From Blautia sp. (lineage in GTDB: Bacteria; Bacillota; Clostridia; Lachnospirales; Lachnospiraceae), in NCBI GenBank assembly GCA_034115005.1, contig JAXEUE010000091.1, positions 1-53,915 on the forward strand: 53,915 nt of DNA, read 5' to 3'. Under the pieces are notes generated by a model that made no database searches, was not told where the DNA came from, and worked only from the letters and a program-made list of their open reading frames with translations. Positions 1-10,439 of the stretch are shown in pieces (the first letter of the stretch is position 1; every line of letters starts with the position of its first letter). The position numbers were made by a program, and so were the translations under genes.

Positions 1-684
1 TTCAATCATCAGATCCGGAAGTTTGGAAAATGGAACTTTCACTACCCTTAATTTTTTGCCCTTCAGGAATTTATCAAGCTCCATAACATCGGTAAACACC
101 GGCTGAAGGATCTCTTCTTTTTTATTTTTCAGATATGGGATACTGATCTTCTTTGGATCCTCAGGATCCACATCCATTGTCATAAGATATTCGGATTTTC
201 TCAGATTGACCAGGAATTCTTCTTCCAGTTCACGAAGATTGCCATGCTGATCCTGTTCCACAGGACGGCGTGCCTCCTGCATGAAATAAATACCTGACAG
301 TTGCAGGGTAGGATTGAGAAGCGGTCTCTTATCCGGCTCGATTTTACTCATATCCGCCTGTTTTGCAATATCAGGAAGATCAACTTCCACCTGATCTTCT
401 CCGTCCACCCACATTACGGTATTCACGCCAATTGCATAGAAAATTCCATATAATCTGGGATAATCTTTTTTATTAAACCGCATTCCCATAAGAATGATCT
501 TGTCATCCAGAAGTTTTTTTCCAAATTCCTTTATGCCTTCTTCAGTGGAAAAAATCCAGGCCTGATCATTAAAAGTTTCTTCATCGCATTTTACAAAGGG
601 AAGCTTGGTTGCCTGAGAAAAGGCAACAAAGACCATCTCTCTGTTCTGTAATTCTTTCACTGCTTGTTCTTTACTGATTGCCAT
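1..684 (-). CDS. SseB-family protein (partial; runs off the window's left edge)
   Basis: Not in the ORF track because there is no stop in the window. Manual translation from ATG at 684 gives MAISKEQAVKELQNREMVFVAFSQATKLPFV...KISIPYLKNKKEEILQPVFTDVMELDKF..., open to position 1. The 'P.FTD..E' motif resembles the SseB N-terminal domain. Overlaps the end of the upstream gene. Confidence 0.65.
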   Translation of the reverse strand, partial: MAISKEQAVKELQNREMVFVAFSQATKLPFVKCDEETFNDQAWIFSTEEGIKEFGKKLLDDKIILMGMRFNKKDYPRLYGIFYAIGVNTVMWVDGEDQVEVDLPDIAKQADMSKIEPDKRPLLNPTLQLSGIYFMQEARRPVEQDQHGNLRELEEEFLVNLRKSEYLMTMDVDPEDPKKISIPYLKNKKEEILQPVFTDVMELDKFLKGKKLRVVKVPFSKLPDLMIE

Positions 685-1393
685 TTTTATACCCTCTCTG
701 TTTTATTTCTTTTATGGTTCTTTTCATTTTATCATCCACGCGACAGGATTCTGTAATTTTCTGTAATGACTTTCTGTATGTGAATTCATCCAGATGGCAT
801 TCATTCTGAAGATAATGAAGCATTTCTTCAGGAAAGGCAGCAAAATATACAGATATTGCCCACGCTACTGCCATCTTTGCATAATATCCTTCCTGAGAAA
901 CGCTCTCCAGACGCCGGATTCCTTCTTTCAGATATTCTCTCTGTGTAAAATGCCCCAGGAGCATTACTGCTGCAAATCTTGCTTCATATTCTCTGTCTGA
1001 AGTAAAATATGGTTCAATGAAATTCCAGTATTCCTGCCGGTATCTGTCAGCATCTTTCAAAGTACTGCAAAAAGAATCACAAACTGCCCAGTTACTGATA
1101 TCCGGTACAAACTTTCTTACATATTCCAGTTTGCTGTCGCAGTCTATGACAGCATACGCTGCAGTCATACCGCGAAGCATAGTTTCTTCATTCCAGAAAT
1201 CATCTGCCTGATCAAACCACTCCTGCCAGTTCTGCCGGGAAAGCTTCTTTGCAAAAGATCTGAGAACCGGCAGCCGTACACCTGCAATGTGTTCAACCCC
1301 CGGCAGCAGTCCCGCCTGAAACTTCCCATAAGTTTCATCAGAACTGCCAGTCAGAAAATCTCTTACATATTCAACCGTTACTTTCTGCTTCAT
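671..1393 (-). CDS. DNA alkylation repair protein (AlkD-like HEAT-repeat family)
   Basis: Motifs GVRLPVLR, NWAVCDSF and YYAKMAVAWAIS are typical of the family. Start moved from 1465 to the ATG at 1393 (MKQKVT), which overlaps the purD stop. Confidence 0.8.
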   Translation of the reverse strand: MKQKVTVEYVRDFLTGSSDETYGKFQAGLLPGVEHIAGVRLPVLRSFAKKLSRQNWQEWFDQADDFWNEETMLRGMTAAYAVIDCDSKLEYVRKFVPDISNWAVCDSFCSTLKDADRYRQEYWNFIEPYFTSDREYEARFAAVMLLGHFTQREYLKEGIRRLESVSQEGYYAKMAVAWAISVYFAAFPEEMLHYLQNECHLDEFTYRKSLQKITESCRVDDKMKRTIKEIKQRGYKNGNQ

Positions 1394-2657
1394 CAATTGC
1401 CTTTCCAATATCATGACGCATATACTTATTGGAAAAGCTGATCCACTCAGTGGCTTCATAAGCATTTTTTCTGGCTTCCTTCAGGTCTTTTCCTGTTGCA
1501 GTAATTCCCAGTACACGTCCCCCGTTTGTAACAATCTGGCCATCTTTTTTCTTGGTACCTGCATGGAAGCAGTAATAACCTTCTTTATTTTTGAAATTTT
1601 CAAAGCCATGGATGGGGATTCCTTTTTCATATTTCACAGGATACCCTTCACTTGCAAGAACCACGCATACTGCCGCATTGTCTTCAAACTGCAGATCAAT
1701 CTGATCCAGTGTTCCATCAATGCATGCTTCCATTACTTCAACAATATTATTTTTCATACGAGGCAGTACCACCTGTGCTTCCGGATCACCGAAACGGGCA
1801 TTATATTCCAGAACTTTTGGTCCGTCTTCAGTAAGCATAAGGCCAAAAAAGATAATTCCCTTAAAAGGCCGTCCTTCTGATGCCATAGCATCCACCGTAG
1901 GCTGATAGATATTTTTCCGGCAGAACCGATCTACCTCTTCTGTATAAAACGGACTTGGTGAAAAAGTCCCCATTCCTCCTGTATTTAATCCCTTGTCTCC
2001 ATCCTGGGCACGTTTATGATCCTGGGCAGATGTCATAGTCTTGATCGTCTTGCCATCCACAAAAGATAATACAGAAACTTCCCGTCCTGTCATAAATTCT
2101 TCAATGACCATAGTATTTCCGGCGCTTCCAAACTTCTTATCTTCCATGATCTCTTTCACGCCGTCTTCTGCTTCTTTCAGATTATTACAGATCAGTACAC
2201 CTTTACCAAGTGCAAGGCCATCTGCCTTGAGAACAACAGGGAATTTTACCTGTGTGCGGAGATATTCCAGAGCTTTTTCGGGATCCTGGAAATTTTCGTA
2301 AGCAGCAGTAGGAATATTATATTTTTTCATCAGATCCTTGGAAAAAGCCTTGGATCCCTCCAGGATAGCTGCATTTTTTCTTGGGCCGAAAACTCTCAGT
2401 CCCCGGGACTCAAACACATCCACGATTCCTCCCACAAGAGGATCATCCATCCCCACAACCGTAAGATCCACTTTGTTTTCCTTTGCAAAATCAGCAAGCC
2501 TGTCAAATTCCATTGCACCAATATCCACACATTGTGCAAGTTCCGCGATTCCTGCATTTCCCGATGCGCAGTATATTTTTTCCACTTCAGGACATCTGGA
2601 AATGCTGAAACAAAGTGCATGTTCCCGTCCACCGCTTCCAACGACTAAAACCTTCAT
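1371..2657 (-). CDS. purD: Phosphoribosylamine--glycine ligase
   Basis: MKVLVVGSGGREHAL, LEGSKAFSK, KADGLALGKGV, NTGGMG, EYNARFGDPE, GGRVL; pur operon context. Confidence 0.98.
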   Translation of the reverse strand: MKVLVVGSGGREHALCFSISRCPEVEKIYCASGNAGIAELAQCVDIGAMEFDRLADFAKENKVDLTVVGMDDPLVGGIVDVFESRGLRVFGPRKNAAILEGSKAFSKDLMKKYNIPTAAYENFQDPEKALEYLRTQVKFPVVLKADGLALGKGVLICNNLKEAEDGVKEIMEDKKFGSAGNTMVIEEFMTGREVSVLSFVDGKTIKTMTSAQDHKRAQDGDKGLNTGGMGTFSPSPFYTEEVDRFCRKNIYQPTVDAMASEGRPFKGIIFFGLMLTEDGPKVLEYNARFGDPEAQVVLPRMKNNIVEVMEACIDGTLDQIDLQFEDNAAVCVVLASEGYPVKYEKGIPIHGFENFKNKEGYYCFHAGTKKKDGQIVTNGGRVLGITATGKDLKEARKNAYEATEWISFSNKYMRHDIGKAIDEAESNG

Positions 2658-2665
2658 CTGTAATT

Positions 2666-3292
2666 TTACTCCTCTATCATAACTTTACCATCTTTAACTG
2701 TAACTTTACCATTGGCAATAAGATTGATTGCTTTCGGAAGGATCTTCCATTCGGCTTTCTCCATAACCCTTTTCTGAAGAATCTGTGGCGTGTCTCCCTG
2801 TTTGACCTTCACTGCTTTTTGCAGGATGATCGGGCCTGTGTCTGTTCCTGTATCCACGAAATGGACCGTAGCCCCCGTGACCCGTACTCCTCTTTCCAGT
2901 ACTTTCTCATGTACATGCAGTCCGTAATATCCAACCCCGCAGAAGGAAGGAATCAGTGAGGGATGAATGTTAATGATCCGGTACGGATATGCTTCCACGA
3001 TCGTTGGAGGTACAGCTACCAGGAATCCTGCCAGGACAATCAAATCCACCTGTTCTTCCTGCAGTCTGTGAAGAAGAGCTTTATGAAACTCTTCTCTGTC
3101 TTCATACTGCTTTGGAGAAATACATAATGCCTTTATTCCATGATCTTCTGCTCTTTTCAGGGCATAGGCATTGGGATTATTGCTGATTACAACAGTCACC
3201 TGTGCATTCTGTATCTTTCCACTGTCCATAGCGTCCAGAATAGCCTGGAGATTCGTGCCGCCTCCGGAAACAAGTACACCGACTTTTAACAT
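2666..3292 (-). CDS. purN: Phosphoribosylglycinamide formyltransferase
   Basis: [37 protein letters not shown]. Confidence 0.97.
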   Translation of the reverse strand: MLKVGVLVSGGGTNLQAILDAMDSGKIQNAQVTVVISNNPNAYALKRAEDHGIKALCISPKQYEDREEFHKALLHRLQEEQVDLIVLAGFLVAVPPTIVEAYPYRIINIHPSLIPSFCGVGYYGLHVHEKVLERGVRVTGATVHFVDTGTDTGPIILQKAVKVKQGDTPQILQKRVMEKAEWKILPKAINLIANGKVTVKDGKVMIEE

Positions 3293-4311
3293 AGAGTCAC
3301 TCCCTTTTCTCCTTCTTCAATATGTCCTACCACGTATGGAGTATCCCCTGCGGCCCTGATTGCTTCCATAGCTTTATCCACGTCTGATTCATCCACTGCC
3401 AGCACCATTCCAAGCCCCATATTAAATGTATTATACATCATCTGTTCTTCAATATTTCCTGTTGTAGCCAGAAGTCCAAACACAGGGAGAACCGGATAGC
3501 TGTTTTTTTCTATAACAGCTCTTGTACCTTCTTTCAGCATCCGGGGAACATTCTCATAGAATCCGCCGCCTGTAATATGACTGCAGGCATGAATGCGGAC
3601 TCCTGCATTCTTAATGCTCTTCAGTGCTTTTACATAAATTCTGGTAGGTGCCAGAAGTGCCTCTCCCAGAGTAGTTCCCAGTTCCTCATAATAAGTATCA
3701 AGGGACTCTCTCGTCATTTCAAATACTTTACGGACAAGAGAAAATCCATTACTGTGAACACCTGTAGATGCCATACCGATAAGAACATCACCAGCCTTTA
3801 AATCCTCTCCTGTTATCATATCTTTCCTGTCACATACACCTACTGCAAAACCGGCCAGATCATATTCATCTTCAGGCATAAGTCCGGGATGCTCTGCTGT
3901 TTCCCCACCGATCAGTGCGGCCTCAGACTGTACACATCCTTCAGCTACGCCACTTACAATAGAAGCGATCTTCTCCGGATAGTTCTTACCACAGGCTATG
4001 TAATCCAGGAAAAATAAAGGCTCACCGCCTGCACATGCGATATCATTTACGCACATGGCAACTGCATCAATTCCAATTGTGTCATGTTTGTCCATGATCA
4101 TAGCAAGTTTCACCTTGGTTCCGCATCCGTCTGTGCCGGATAACAGTACAGGCTCCTCCATTTCTTTAATCTTGGACAGGGAAAAAGCTCCCGAGAAACC
4201 ACCCAGGCCTCCCAGAACTTCCTCACGCATGGTTCTTTTCACATATTTCTTCATCAGTTCCACAGACTTATATCCGGCTTCAATATCTACTCCAGCACTT
4301 TTATAATCCAT
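3286..4311 (-). CDS. purM: Phosphoribosylformylglycinamidine cyclo-ligase (AIR synthetase)
   Basis: [46 protein letters not shown]. Confidence 0.98.
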   Translation of the reverse strand: MDYKSAGVDIEAGYKSVELMKKYVKRTMREEVLGGLGGFSGAFSLSKIKEMEEPVLLSGTDGCGTKVKLAMIMDKHDTIGIDAVAMCVNDIACAGGEPLFFLDYIACGKNYPEKIASIVSGVAEGCVQSEAALIGGETAEHPGLMPEDEYDLAGFAVGVCDRKDMITGEDLKAGDVLIGMASTGVHSNGFSLVRKVFEMTRESLDTYYEELGTTLGEALLAPTRIYVKALKSIKNAGVRIHACSHITGGGFYENVPRMLKEGTRAVIEKNSYPVLPVFGLLATTGNIEEQMMYNTFNMGLGMVLAVDESDVDKAMEAIRAAGDTPYVVGHIEEGEKGVTLC

Positions 4312-4351
4312 TCTTTTTCTCCTTAAAGATATCCTGTAAAATTATTTCTTA

Positions 4352-4852
4352 TTAGTAATTCTGGCATCCTACTTCCTGAAGTCTGGCATCCTTTGCCTCA
4401 ACCTGTTCTTTTAATTCCTGGCTGTATGCTTTCAGACGTTTCAGAAGCTCTTCATCAGAAGTTGCAAGAATTTTTGCTGCAAGCAGACCTGCGTTTGCTC
4501 CGCCGTTAATGGCAACTGTTGCCACAGGAATGCCTGTTGGCATCTGTACAATAGAGTAAAGAGAGTCTCTTCCTCCAAGAGATGTGGTATGCATAGGAAT
4601 ACCGATCACCGGCATAGGAAATATTGCCGCGCACATTCCAGGAAGATGTGCCGCCATACCTGCTCCTGCAATAATAACCTTGAACCCTTTTTCTTCTGCT
4701 GTCTTAGCATATTCAAAAAAAACATCCGGTTCCCTGTGTGCGGAAATGATTCTCATTTCATATTCAATTCCAAGTTTCTCCAGAATGTCTGCTGCCTTTC
4801 TCATGACAGGCATATCAGAATCGCTGCCCATCACAATTCCCACTTTTGCCAT
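4352..4852 (-). CDS. purE: N5-CAIR mutase / AIR carboxylase catalytic subunit
   Basis: [36 protein letters not shown]. Confidence 0.97.
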   Translation of the reverse strand: MAKVGIVMGSDSDMPVMRKAADILEKLGIEYEMRIISAHREPDVFFEYAKTAEEKGFKVIIAGAGMAAHLPGMCAAIFPMPVIGIPMHTTSLGGRDSLYSIVQMPTGIPVATVAINGGANAGLLAAKILATSDEELLKRLKAYSQELKEQVEAKDARLQEVGCQNY

Positions 4853-4915
4853 AACTGCTCTCCTTTTCTTTTCTATTGTGTTTCCGGAAAAAGATCCGGT
4901 TCTTTCTAACCGTAA

Positions 4916-4944
4916 ATTCTACTAAGATTCCCTTTTTCTGTCAA
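4916..4944 (-). promoter_or_regulatory. Sigma-A promoter of the pur operon
   Basis: Minus strand TTGACA (4944-4939), 17-bp spacer, TAGAAT (4921-4916), about 64 bp upstream of purE. Confidence 0.7.
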
Positions 4945-4979
4945 TAACATTACAGCAAAGAAAAAATTAGACAAACAAA

Positions 4980-7022
4980 TTATTTTTCAGCACTGTCAAA
5001 GGGTTCATTCAGTTCCTGTGTACCAGGCAGCACAAAACGCCCTTTTTCAATAATTGAAGTCATATCTCCGTTATCATCAATGGTACGGATACTTCCCAGT
5101 TCATCATATGGTATTGTAATATCTGTATGACACCCGAAGTATGCAAGACTGACATCATCCTTCCTCATTTCAGAGATTTCATTATCCCTTGCAATGATCT
5201 CTTTCCCGTCCGGGTTAAATACAGGCGTATCCTCTGACCAGCTGTAACAGGTATCTCCAAATGCAAAATGGGGACCCATTTTTTCTGCAATAAGTATAGG
5301 CAGCTTGTCTGCAATACCATACTTCTTTGCAGCCACATAGGCTGTAGTGTTGGTTCCGATAGCAAACTCTCCCATAGGGATACGGGGATGATGAAACAGA
5401 ATATTATCCTCAATATACTTCCTGTTCTCTTCCTCTGTTTCAAAATTGCTGCAGGTATAATCAATAACCTGTCCACAGTCGATCACAAGTTTCAGATCCC
5501 GAAACTGAAGGCCATTCAGATATACTTTTGAGACATGAAGGATTCCTCCGGTTCCCGCAAGGACCGGAGATGTAAATACTTCTCCCACAGGTATATTCAC
5601 ATCTGCCACGCAGTTTTCAAAGTTAGTCTGTTTCTTTGGATCAGTAAGGGGATGAAGATGAATCAGAAGATCTGTTTCATTTTCGCCCATTCCCTTAACT
5701 TCCACCCATTCGCAGGTATCCAGTGTATCAATGATCTTCTGTTGGATTTTCTGATATTTTTTATAATCAAGAGTATTGATCTTCACAATTTCCCGGAAGA
5801 TTTCAGGATAATTCTCTCCAATCTCCGGAACGGGATAAGCAATGATGGTAAAGCTTCTCTCATCTCCGTGAATATACCTGTTTACGATCTGTGCTGATTC
5901 ATTGTCCAGCTCAAGCTGAAGCTTCTGCTGGTTTTCACTGAAAGTAAGACATTCCCCTTTGCCTTCCGGTGAAAAAGGTGTTTCTCCGAAGGTATCAATA
6001 CATGCCGGTCCTCCGTGAACTGATGCCAGATCCTTATATTTCTCATAAGAAGTCTGCATTGCCCTGAGTTTGCGTTTCACAAAATCAGAGTCCAGGAACA
6101 TTGCACTGTCCTGTCTGTGGTCATACTCATACTGGGGGTTTGCAATTCCTCCCGTAAAGCCCACTCTGTATTGATTTTTTCTGTTCACAGCATGGGTAGC
6201 ATACCGGAAGATCACAGGCTTTAAGCCCATTTTTTCAAACTGAAGAATTGCAGCTTTCACCATCCGCTCAAATCCCAGATTATAACGGATATTCACAGTT
6301 TTTTTCTTTTTTATATTTTTTCTTCCTACGACAAAGCCAATACGATAACCTTCTGTATAAGTTTCTGCCATTGCATCAATCTCTTCCTGGGGAAGTGAAT
6401 TAAGGAAACGGGCTGTTTCCAGTTCATTTTCAGAAACATACTCTCCATACAGATAAAGGTATCTGAGATCTTTAAGATCTGAATTCATAATCAGGTTTGC
6501 TGCAAAATTTTCACCGGGATCTACGGATTCTCTGACTCTTTGCTCTACCATATCCTGACAGTAATCATTTACATATGAAGTAAGTATTTCTTTTATTTCC
6601 CTTTCCGCCGGAAGTTCTCCCTGCGAAAAAGCGGAATAAACTTCCAGAAACAATTCCAGGGCCACAGTCATATCCCATATTTTCTTTTCAAAAGAATAGG
6701 CAATAGTTCCATGAAGCTCAGCATATAAAAAAGAAATATCTTTTCCGTATTCTCCAAATACCTGTTCTGCATAAGAAGGATTTCCGTAGCATGTATCATA
6801 ATTTTCCGGAAGAATATCTCTGTACAGATCATAATTCTGTTCCTTTAATTCTGTAAGTGATCTCTGAGCAATATCCTGATCCATAACAGAAATGGTCTTA
6901 ATTAAAAACTGTGCCTCTTCTGTAAAAAATTCCCTGTAAGGCATGGGAACAAGTTCCTCCCCGGGAATTTCGCTGATTCTTTCTTTCGCGAGATCATATC
7001 GTTCTAAAATCCATTCGTCCAA
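4980..7022 (-). CDS. Metallo-aminopeptidase (M29/AmpS-like C-terminal domain) with long N-terminal extension
   Basis: C-terminal motifs NIPVGEVFTSP, GEFAIG, EK..HFAFG and HTDI match the M29 family. TTG start with a GAGGAG RBS 8 nt upstream. Confidence 0.75.
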   Translation of the reverse strand: MDEWILERYDLAKERISEIPGEELVPMPYREFFTEEAQFLIKTISVMDQDIAQRSLTELKEQNYDLYRDILPENYDTCYGNPSYAEQVFGEYGKDISFLYAELHGTIAYSFEKKIWDMTVALELFLEVYSAFSQGELPAEREIKEILTSYVNDYCQDMVEQRVRESVDPGENFAANLIMNSDLKDLRYLYLYGEYVSENELETARFLNSLPQEEIDAMAETYTEGYRIGFVVGRKNIKKKKTVNIRYNLGFERMVKAAILQFEKMGLKPVIFRYATHAVNRKNQYRVGFTGGIANPQYEYDHRQDSAMFLDSDFVKRKLRAMQTSYEKYKDLASVHGGPACIDTFGETPFSPEGKGECLTFSENQQKLQLELDNESAQIVNRYIHGDERSFTIIAYPVPEIGENYPEIFREIVKINTLDYKKYQKIQQKIIDTLDTCEWVEVKGMGENETDLLIHLHPLTDPKKQTNFENCVADVNIPVGEVFTSPVLAGTGGILHVSKVYLNGLQFRDLKLVIDCGQVIDYTCSNFETEEENRKYIEDNILFHHPRIPMGEFAIGTNTTAYVAAKKYGIADKLPILIAEKMGPHFAFGDTCYSWSEDTPVFNPDGKEIIARDNEISEMRKDDVSLAYFGCHTDITIPYDELGSIRTIDDNGDMTSIIEKGRFVLPGTQELNEPFDSAEK

Positions 7023-7051
7023 AGACTCATCTCCTCTTTATATTTATTTCA

Positions 7052-7366
7052 TCAGATTCCCAGCAGAAAAATTCCAAGCCATCCTACCATGATCACACCA
7101 TTGGAGATGGATCCGATAATGCTGGTTTTATGATTTTTATTTTCCTCTGAAAAGCTTGATAGTCCCATAATAAATCCATATATGGAAAGAAGCATTGCAA
7201 AAAGGCTGATGCCACCCACCAGAAATCCCAGCTGTCCTTTAAGATAAAATGCCATAATCACAGCGGCAAAAAATAAAAAAAGAGACACTGCCGCAAGAAA
7301 AGTGGACAGTTTACCTTTTTTTGCTTCTTTCTTTTTTGTAAAGGCATATCTATATCTTCTTGCCAT
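7052..7366 (-). CDS. Small membrane protein, 3 predicted TM helices (DUF6142-like)
   Basis: Basic N-terminus (RRYRYAFTKKK) followed by three hydrophobic segments; overlaps the upstream vanZ-family gene. Confidence 0.6.
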   Translation of the reverse strand: MARRYRYAFTKKKEAKKGKLSTFLAAVSLFLFFAAVIMAFYLKGQLGFLVGGISLFAMLLSIYGFIMGLSSFSEENKNHKTSIIGSISNGVIMVGWLGIFLLGI

Positions 7367-7823
7367 ATTTTTTTCTCCTCAGGTGATTGCAGATGACAAA
7401 GAGCAGGTAACCAAAAGCTGCTCCCAGAGTATTCAGAATAATATCATCTACATCAAAACATCCTGTTTTTGTCACAAGCTGGATCGATTCCACTGTAAAG
7501 CTAAGCATAAATCCAGACAGAATAACCAGAAATCCGCTCCTCATCCTATCTTTGATCACAGGCAGGATAAAGCCCCATGGCAAAAACCCAATCACATTTC
7601 CCAATAGATTGGCATGCACTGCATATTTTCCCAGTTTATCCCTGTATTTCCAGAATCTCTGTATTTCCATAAAAGGAATCAGATTATATCTGTATTCTCC
7701 CTGTGAGGCTGATGCCCTTCCATATTTTTCGAAAAAAAAGAGGAAGTAAATCAGCAAAAATACATAAAGAATAAAGAGAATCGTACCAAGTGTCCGGATA
7801 AAATGTTTTGTTTCTTTTTTCAA
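7350..7823 (-). CDS. VanZ-family membrane protein
   Basis: YNLIPF, GNVIGFLPWG, ESIQL...GCFDVDDIILNTLG. Start moved to TTG at 7823 (GAGGG RBS) because the track start at 7856 lies inside a terminator hairpin. Confidence 0.85.
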   Translation of the reverse strand: MKKETKHFIRTLGTILFILYVFLLIYFLFFFEKYGRASASQGEYRYNLIPFMEIQRFWKYRDKLGKYAVHANLLGNVIGFLPWGFILPVIKDRMRSGFLVILSGFMLSFTVESIQLVTKTGCFDVDDIILNTLGAAFGYLLFVICNHLRRKKYGKKI

Positions 7824-7844
7824 TATTTCCCTCTGTTTCTGGCC

Positions 7845-7870
7845 AAAAAGCCACACGGATCCCGTGTGGC
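7845..7870 (-). terminator. Rho-independent terminator after the pyr operon and small ORF
   Basis: GCCACACGG-3nt-CCGTGTGGC perfect 9-bp stem, followed by TTTTT on the minus strand. Confidence 0.7.
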
Positions 7871-7880
7871 CCTCCAGTCT

Positions 7881-8033
7881 TTACAACAATATTTCTGATT
7901 TTCTTTTCAATAGTCCTGCCCCGTTTATAATCATCATCACTCCGGCTGTGATCCCTGTAACAAGAGTAATAATTCCCAGGGCCAAACTGCTTTTTCCGGC
8001 AAAAGACATAGTTTTATAAACTTTTTCATTCAT
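7881..8033 (-). CDS. 50-aa small membrane protein (below the ORF-track cutoff)
   Basis: MNEKVYKTMSFAGKSSLALGIITLVTGITAGVMMIINGAGLLKRKSEILL*; strong AAGGAG RBS; one hydrophobic segment; lies between pyrE and the terminator. Confidence 0.75.
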   Translation of the reverse strand: MNEKVYKTMSFAGKSSLALGIITLVTGITAGVMMIINGAGLLKRKSEILL

Positions 8034-8059
8034 AGTTATATCTCCTTTTTAAGCCTTAT

Positions 8060-8737
8060 TTATACACCATATTTCTCATAATATGCATCAATGGCACCTT
8101 TCAGTTTATCATCAATGATTACTTTTCCCTTATACTCCCTGTTATACAGATGCTCCACAACTTCAGCCATAGTCACTATGGCAGTTGTCTTAAGACCATA
8201 TTTTTCCTCAATTTCTTTCAGGGCACTTTTTGTTCCCTGTCCTCTTTCCATACGATCTACGGAAACAACCAGTCCCACAGGATGCACATCACCCTGAGCT
8301 TTTATGATTGGCAGTGTTTCCTGAATCGATGTTCCGGCTGTAGTTACATCCTCTATGATCACTACCCTGTCACCATCTACAATAGGACTTCCCAGAAGGA
8401 TTCCCTTATCTCCGTGGTCCTTTACCTCTTTACGGTTTGAGCAATAGCGGATGTCTTTTCCATATTCTTCGCTGATTGCCATAGTTGTTGCTACAGTCAG
8501 AGGAATTCCCTTATATGCAGGTCCGAAAAGGACATCAAAATCCAGACCAAAGCTCTCCTTAATGGCTTTTGCATAATACTGCCCAAGTCTGCGCAGCTGA
8601 GCCCCTGTTCGATAGAATCCTGTATTTACAAAAAATGGTGTATTGCGTCCGGATTTCGTCACAAAATCTCCAAACTTTAAAACATTACAGTCGATCATAA
8701 ATTCGATAAATTCCTGTTTATACTGTTCCATTGTCAT
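8060..8737 (-). CDS. pyrE: Orotate phosphoribosyltransferase
   Basis: LKFGDFVTKSGR, FGPAYKGIPL, RKEVKDHG, PRPP-binding motif VIIEDVTTAGTS. Confidence 0.97.
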   Translation of the reverse strand: MTMEQYKQEFIEFMIDCNVLKFGDFVTKSGRNTPFFVNTGFYRTGAQLRRLGQYYAKAIKESFGLDFDVLFGPAYKGIPLTVATTMAISEEYGKDIRYCSNRKEVKDHGDKGILLGSPIVDGDRVVIIEDVTTAGTSIQETLPIIKAQGDVHPVGLVVSVDRMERGQGTKSALKEIEEKYGLKTTAIVTMAEVVEHLYNREYKGKVIIDDKLKGAIDAYYEKYGV

Positions 8738-8744
8738 TTGCCTC

Positions 8745-9650
8745 CTATTTTACACATCCAATCAATTCACTGATGTCCGCCACGTTATGCTTATCAAGAT
8801 AATTGCTGATTCCATCCACAACTTCTTCTGTAGTATAAGGGTTATTGAAATTGGCTGTTCCCACAGATACAGCACTGGCTCCTGCCATAATAAACTCAAG
8901 AGCATCTTCTGCAGAAGCAATTCCACCCATACCTATAATTGGAAGAGAAACTGCGTTTGCCACCTGATATACCATCCTCACTGCCACAGGTTTTACTGCA
9001 GGGCCTGACATTCCCCCAGTCTTATTGGCCAGGGCAAAGGTTCTCCTGTTGATGTCAATTTTCATACCTGTAATGGTATTGATAAGAGACAATACATCAG
9101 CACCTCCTGCCTGGGCAGCACGGGCCATTTCCGTAATATCCGTTACATTAGGACTTAATTTCATAATAACCGGCTGTCTGGCATATTTCTTTACTTCTCT
9201 GGTAATTTCCTCCAGAGCAGCAGGATTCTGTCCAAAAGCGATTCCGCCTTCCTTTACATTGGGGCAGGAAACATTGATCTCCAGCATATCTATCGGTTCT
9301 TCGCCCAGCCTTTCCACAACTTCACAGTAATCCCGGATAGATTTTCCACATACATTTACAATAATCCTGGTATCAAATTTTTTCAGAAAAGGAATATCAC
9401 GTTTGCAGAACACATCAATACCCGGATTCTGAAGTCCGATTGCATTGAGCATTCCACTGGAAGTTTCTGCAATACGGGGAACAGGATTGCCCGGCCAGGG
9501 AACGTTGGCCACACCCTTGGTTACAACAGCCCCAAGTTTATTAAGATCTACAAATTCACTGTATTCCGCACCGGAGCCGAATGTGCCGGAGGCTGTCATT
9601 ACAGGATTCTTAAACTCCACTCCTGCAAGATTCACACTCATTTTACTCAT
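8745..9650 (-). CDS. pyrD: Dihydroorotate dehydrogenase 1B, catalytic subunit
   Basis: ASGTFG, NAIGLQNPG, EINVSCPN, KLSPN, GGMSG; adjacent to pyrK. Confidence 0.97.
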   Translation of the reverse strand: MSKMSVNLAGVEFKNPVMTASGTFGSGAEYSEFVDLNKLGAVVTKGVANVPWPGNPVPRIAETSSGMLNAIGLQNPGIDVFCKRDIPFLKKFDTRIIVNVCGKSIRDYCEVVERLGEEPIDMLEINVSCPNVKEGGIAFGQNPAALEEITREVKKYARQPVIMKLSPNVTDITEMARAAQAGGADVLSLINTITGMKIDINRRTFALANKTGGMSGPAVKPVAVRMVYQVANAVSLPIIGMGGIASAEDALEFIMAGASAVSVGTANFNNPYTTEEVVDGISNYLDKHNVADISELIGCVK

Positions 9651-10429
9651 AATTCCACCTCCGTGCTTAAGAATACAGGGCCATCCTTACATACACGCTT
9701 ATTGTGTACATGAGAGTGTTCATCCACATCTTTTGACTGGCACACACATGCAAGACAGGCTCCTATACCACAGGCCATCCTTTCTTCCATAGATATCCAG
9801 CATGGAATATTCTGTTCCAGTGCATATGCTTTTATTGCTCTGAGCATAGGAGCCGGACCACAGGCAAAAATGGCATCCGCTTTAAGCCCGTTTTCCCGTA
9901 CTGCATCCATTACATTTCCCTTAGTTCCTGTTCTTCCATCTTCAGATGCAATATATACTTTACCATATTTTTTAAATTCTTCTGCAAGAAATGTTTCATC
10001 CCTGTATCCCAGTATTATGCTTTTTTCAGCCTTAAGCTGCTTTGCAGTCTCCAGCATAGGTGGAATTCCGATTCCTCCTCCCATAAGAAACACTTTTTTT
10101 CCTTCCACTGCTTCCACAGGAAAACCATTACCAAGAGGGCCCATAGTACTGATTCCCACCTTTTTATGAAGATGGGAAAACTTTTCTGTTCCTGTGTTTT
10201 TACCGGTAACACGGTATACAAGACGGATTCTTCCTTTTTCCCTGTCTATCTCACAAAGGCTGATGGGTCTGGGAAGAAGTTTGCTTTCATTTCCCGTATA
10301 AAGAGAAACAAACTGCCCGGGCTTTGCGTTCTCCGCGATCTTATCTGTCTGAAGCCACATACTGTAAATGTCCCTGCCAATGATTTCCTGACTTACAATA
10401 GTGCAGATTTCCTTTGTTTTTCCGCTCAT
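9647..10429 (-). CDS. pyrK: Dihydroorotate dehydrogenase electron transfer subunit
   Basis: RPIS, GPLGNGF, GGGIG, CGP, EERMACGIGACLAC...VCKDGPVF (FAD and 2Fe-2S motifs). Confidence 0.96.
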   Translation of the reverse strand: MSGKTKEICTIVSQEIIGRDIYSMWLQTDKIAENAKPGQFVSLYTGNESKLLPRPISLCEIDREKGRIRLVYRVTGKNTGTEKFSHLHKKVGISTMGPLGNGFPVEAVEGKKVFLMGGGIGIPPMLETAKQLKAEKSIILGYRDETFLAEEFKKYGKVYIASEDGRTGTKGNVMDAVRENGLKADAIFACGPAPMLRAIKAYALEQNIPCWISMEERMACGIGACLACVCQSKDVDEHSHVHNKRVCKDGPVFLSTEVEL

Positions 10430-10439
10430 GGTATGCCTC

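Noticed and set aside
4853-4979. Purine riboswitch upstream of purE
   Set aside because: The leader is only about 55 nt after the predicted promoter and lacks the aptamer consensus.
7350-7823. VanZ as a glycopeptide-resistance locus
   Set aside because: No vanHAX or vanRS genes nearby, and VanZ-family genes are widespread on their own.
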